64,000 nt of DNA. Origin: Sedimentisphaerales bacterium (GTDB taxonomy: Bacteria; Planctomycetota; Phycisphaerae; Sedimentisphaerales; Anaerobacaceae). A program made the translations under genes and the position numbers. Under the pieces are notes generated by a model. That model was given only the letters and a program-made list of their open reading frames with translations. It was not told the origin of the DNA and did not search any database. Where the stretch lies: assembly GCA_963708075.1 (NCBI GenBank), contig OY970194.1, forward strand, positions 3,584,001-3,648,000, in the 5' to 3' direction. How positions within the stretch are numbered: the first letter of the stretch is position 1; each line of letters begins with the position of its first letter. Shown here piece by piece: positions 61,756 to 64,000 of the stretch.

Positions 61756-64000
61756 ATGATTCCGGTGCGTCAAGGAGATCGAGAAGGCAGACTCTCAGCA
61801 TTGAAAGCCCTCCATGCCAGCGTAATCCTCGCCCTGGTCTGTTTGGCAGCGATCGGCCGAGCGGCCGCCCCGGCTGATGGGAGTTGGCCCATGCTGGGAC
61901 ATGACTGTGCCCGGTCGGGGGCGACAAGCACGGAGATCCGGCCGCCGTTCGCGCAAATGGTACAGGCTGTTTGCAGATGAAGGCCTGATGGCCGGCGTGC
62001 AGCCCGTGATCGCCGATGGCAAGGTTTTCATCGGCACGATGCGAGGAACGATCCATGCCATCGACAGCGAAACGGGCAAGGACGTGTGGGTATACTCGGC
62101 AGGCGGGGCGATTCTGCATGCGTGTGCCATCGGCGAGGGCAAGGTGGTCTTTGGCTGTGCGGATGGGAAGATCTATGCCCTGAACGTCGCCGATGGCAAG
62201 CCGGCATGGTCCGTGCAAACCAGCCAGGCGGTCTGGAATGCTCCACTGATCCACGAAAGCACCGCTCTCATCGGCGGCCGGGATGCAAGGCTCTACGTGA
62301 TTGATCTTGGTACTGGAGCCATCAAGTGGAAAGCCCTGACTGGCGGGCCGTTGCTCTCAAGTCCGGCCTTGAATGCCTCCAAAGGACAGGTGTATGTCGC
62401 CAGCGAGGACATGCATGTCTATGCATTCGATTTCGGCAACGGCAAGCAGATCTGGCAGAGCGAGAAACTGCCCGGCGTCAGCTTTCGAGGGTATCATCCC
62501 GTCGTCGCGCCCGATGGCTCGGTTATGGTCACGACCTCGCCGGCTATCAACCTGGACTCGTTCGAGCCGATCCTGATGGATATGGCCAAGGAGATATTCG
62601 GCGACTTCGCCAGTTGGCGGCATAAAAAGGAGGAGAACGACCGCCTGCGCGAGGCGAACTTCAAAAAGATGGCGGAGCCGGGCACTTATGAGGCCCAGTT
62701 GACCTACATCCGCAAACGTCTCACCCACGAGCCGATCTATCAAACGTTCTTCGTTCTCGACCCGAACACCGGCCGGCAGAAATTCGTCACACCGATTGTC
62801 TATGCCGAGAGCATGAACGGCACAGGGGCGCCACCCGTGGTGATTGCGAATGGGAAAATCATCGTGAAGTTTCAGGCCCTGCTGCGGAGCCGGTACGAGC
62901 ACTACTCGCCGTTCCTCAACGTCGGCTACCTCGACACGGTGACAGGCCATATCACACCGATCATGGACCAGTCACGAACCTACGGATGGCATGACAGCCT
63001 CCTTCTCGTGCACGATGAGCAATGCCAGCTCTCTGCCGCCGGCCGCGTGCTGATCAACACACATCAGGATAATGTCAACGCGATGGACCTCGACACGCTG
63101 CAGGGTTACGGCCAGCCCTTCTGCCGGAATATTCACGAGCCCAAGCCCGGCGAGGCCGTCGGCATCTGGGCAATGATCCTTCGCGGACAGCCCCTGCCCA
63201 CCGGCAAGGAATGGCTCGCCCGAGGCACAGCGGTCTACGGAGGGGGCTCCGTGATCGACACCGCCGTTTCCGTTGCCGGCGATAGCTTCTACTACATCCC
63301 CACTCACGAGATGAGCGCCGGTGCTGCAATCATCGCGTACAAGATGGCCGCGGATGGCGGAGCAAGCAGGGAATCTGATCCACCCTCTGCGAAGCTGACC
63401 GATGAGGAATGGACGAAAATTCAGAAGCTGCCCTGGGACTGGGACACCCTGCGATTTCAAAGGCTCAGCCATGTCCTCGACGCCCTGTCCGGCAAGGTTC
63501 AGGGCACGACCCAGAGCCCGCTCACCGAACAAGCGAGTGAGCGCGTCGGAAAGATCACGGACACCGATCTGGACCGTGTCATCTGGGAAGTTGATGCCGT
63601 GACATTCTCCGAAAGTGATAAGTCCAACGACCTGAAGGCGCAATTGGCGTCACAAGTCAAGGAGTTGATCTCCCAGCAATGGCAACCGCTCATTTTCCCG
63701 CCCGGCAAGCACCCTACCGAGGCATATCGCATTTTCGCCGACCCGACAGAGACTCTCTTCACGCTGGCCCGCGCGTACAACTACCTCGATGAGGACCTGC
63801 GGACAAACGTGAGACAGTACGTGGAGCGACTGAGTGATCCGGGCGGTCCGCTGGAGGGGCCTGTGGGCCGACGTACCGTTGACCCGTCCGCCGGCGCGGT
63901 TCGCTCATTCTACGATATCGCCCCCGACAAGCTGTTTCGGCTGAAGGATGACATCACTCGCAGTGACGTGGCTCGCCTGTACCCGCTCTGGTTTTGGGCC
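61756..64000 (+). CDS. PQQ-type beta-propeller repeat secreted protein, 3'-partial, with an apparent frameshift near 61952
   Basis: Signal peptide and WPMLGHDCARSG in the 61756 frame. Continues in the +1 frame as RKWYRLFADEGLMAGVQPVIADGKVFIGT...DGKIYALNVADGKPAW, and that frame still reads as protein at the window end. Confidence 0.8.

Overview
GC-rich bacterial chromosomal window. The gene content and repeat style suggest an anaerobic planctomycete (Phycisphaerae/Sedimentisphaerales-like); this is inference. In order, it holds: a small accessory islet (SIR2-family gene, minimal nucleotidyltransferase, DUF6504-like gene); a deoC-pabB-aminotransferase IV-Nif3-scpB run; a glycan/amino-sugar catabolic cluster (esterase, heparinase II/III-like lyase, nagB, GHMP kinase, nagA, a double-GH95 fusion); two paralogous lamin-tail surface proteins, one with a CotH kinase domain; a sulfatase; clpB with a sigma-54-type promoter; a mobile/defence-like islet (truncated IS630 transposase inside a family of 22-bp inverted repeats, a HEPN gene, a DUF6236-like gene); a GEVED-domain secreted protein; rex followed by a group 3b [NiFe]-hydrogenase operon and a two-component pair; a tandem pair of PA14-LamG-PA14-Ig proteins; and a PQQ beta-propeller gene running off the end. 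Intergenic DNA is rich in REP-like palindromes and inverted heptamer arrays. The most unusual element is at 41346-42165: a near-consensus sigma-70 promoter followed by eight copies of a 16-nt repeat (GCGAAACAAAGCCAAY) separated by unique 20-88 nt spacers, with no cas gene or other cognate protein in the window. Four apparent frameshifts in three otherwise intact genes look like sequencing errors. No rRNA, tRNA or canonical CRISPR array was recognised.
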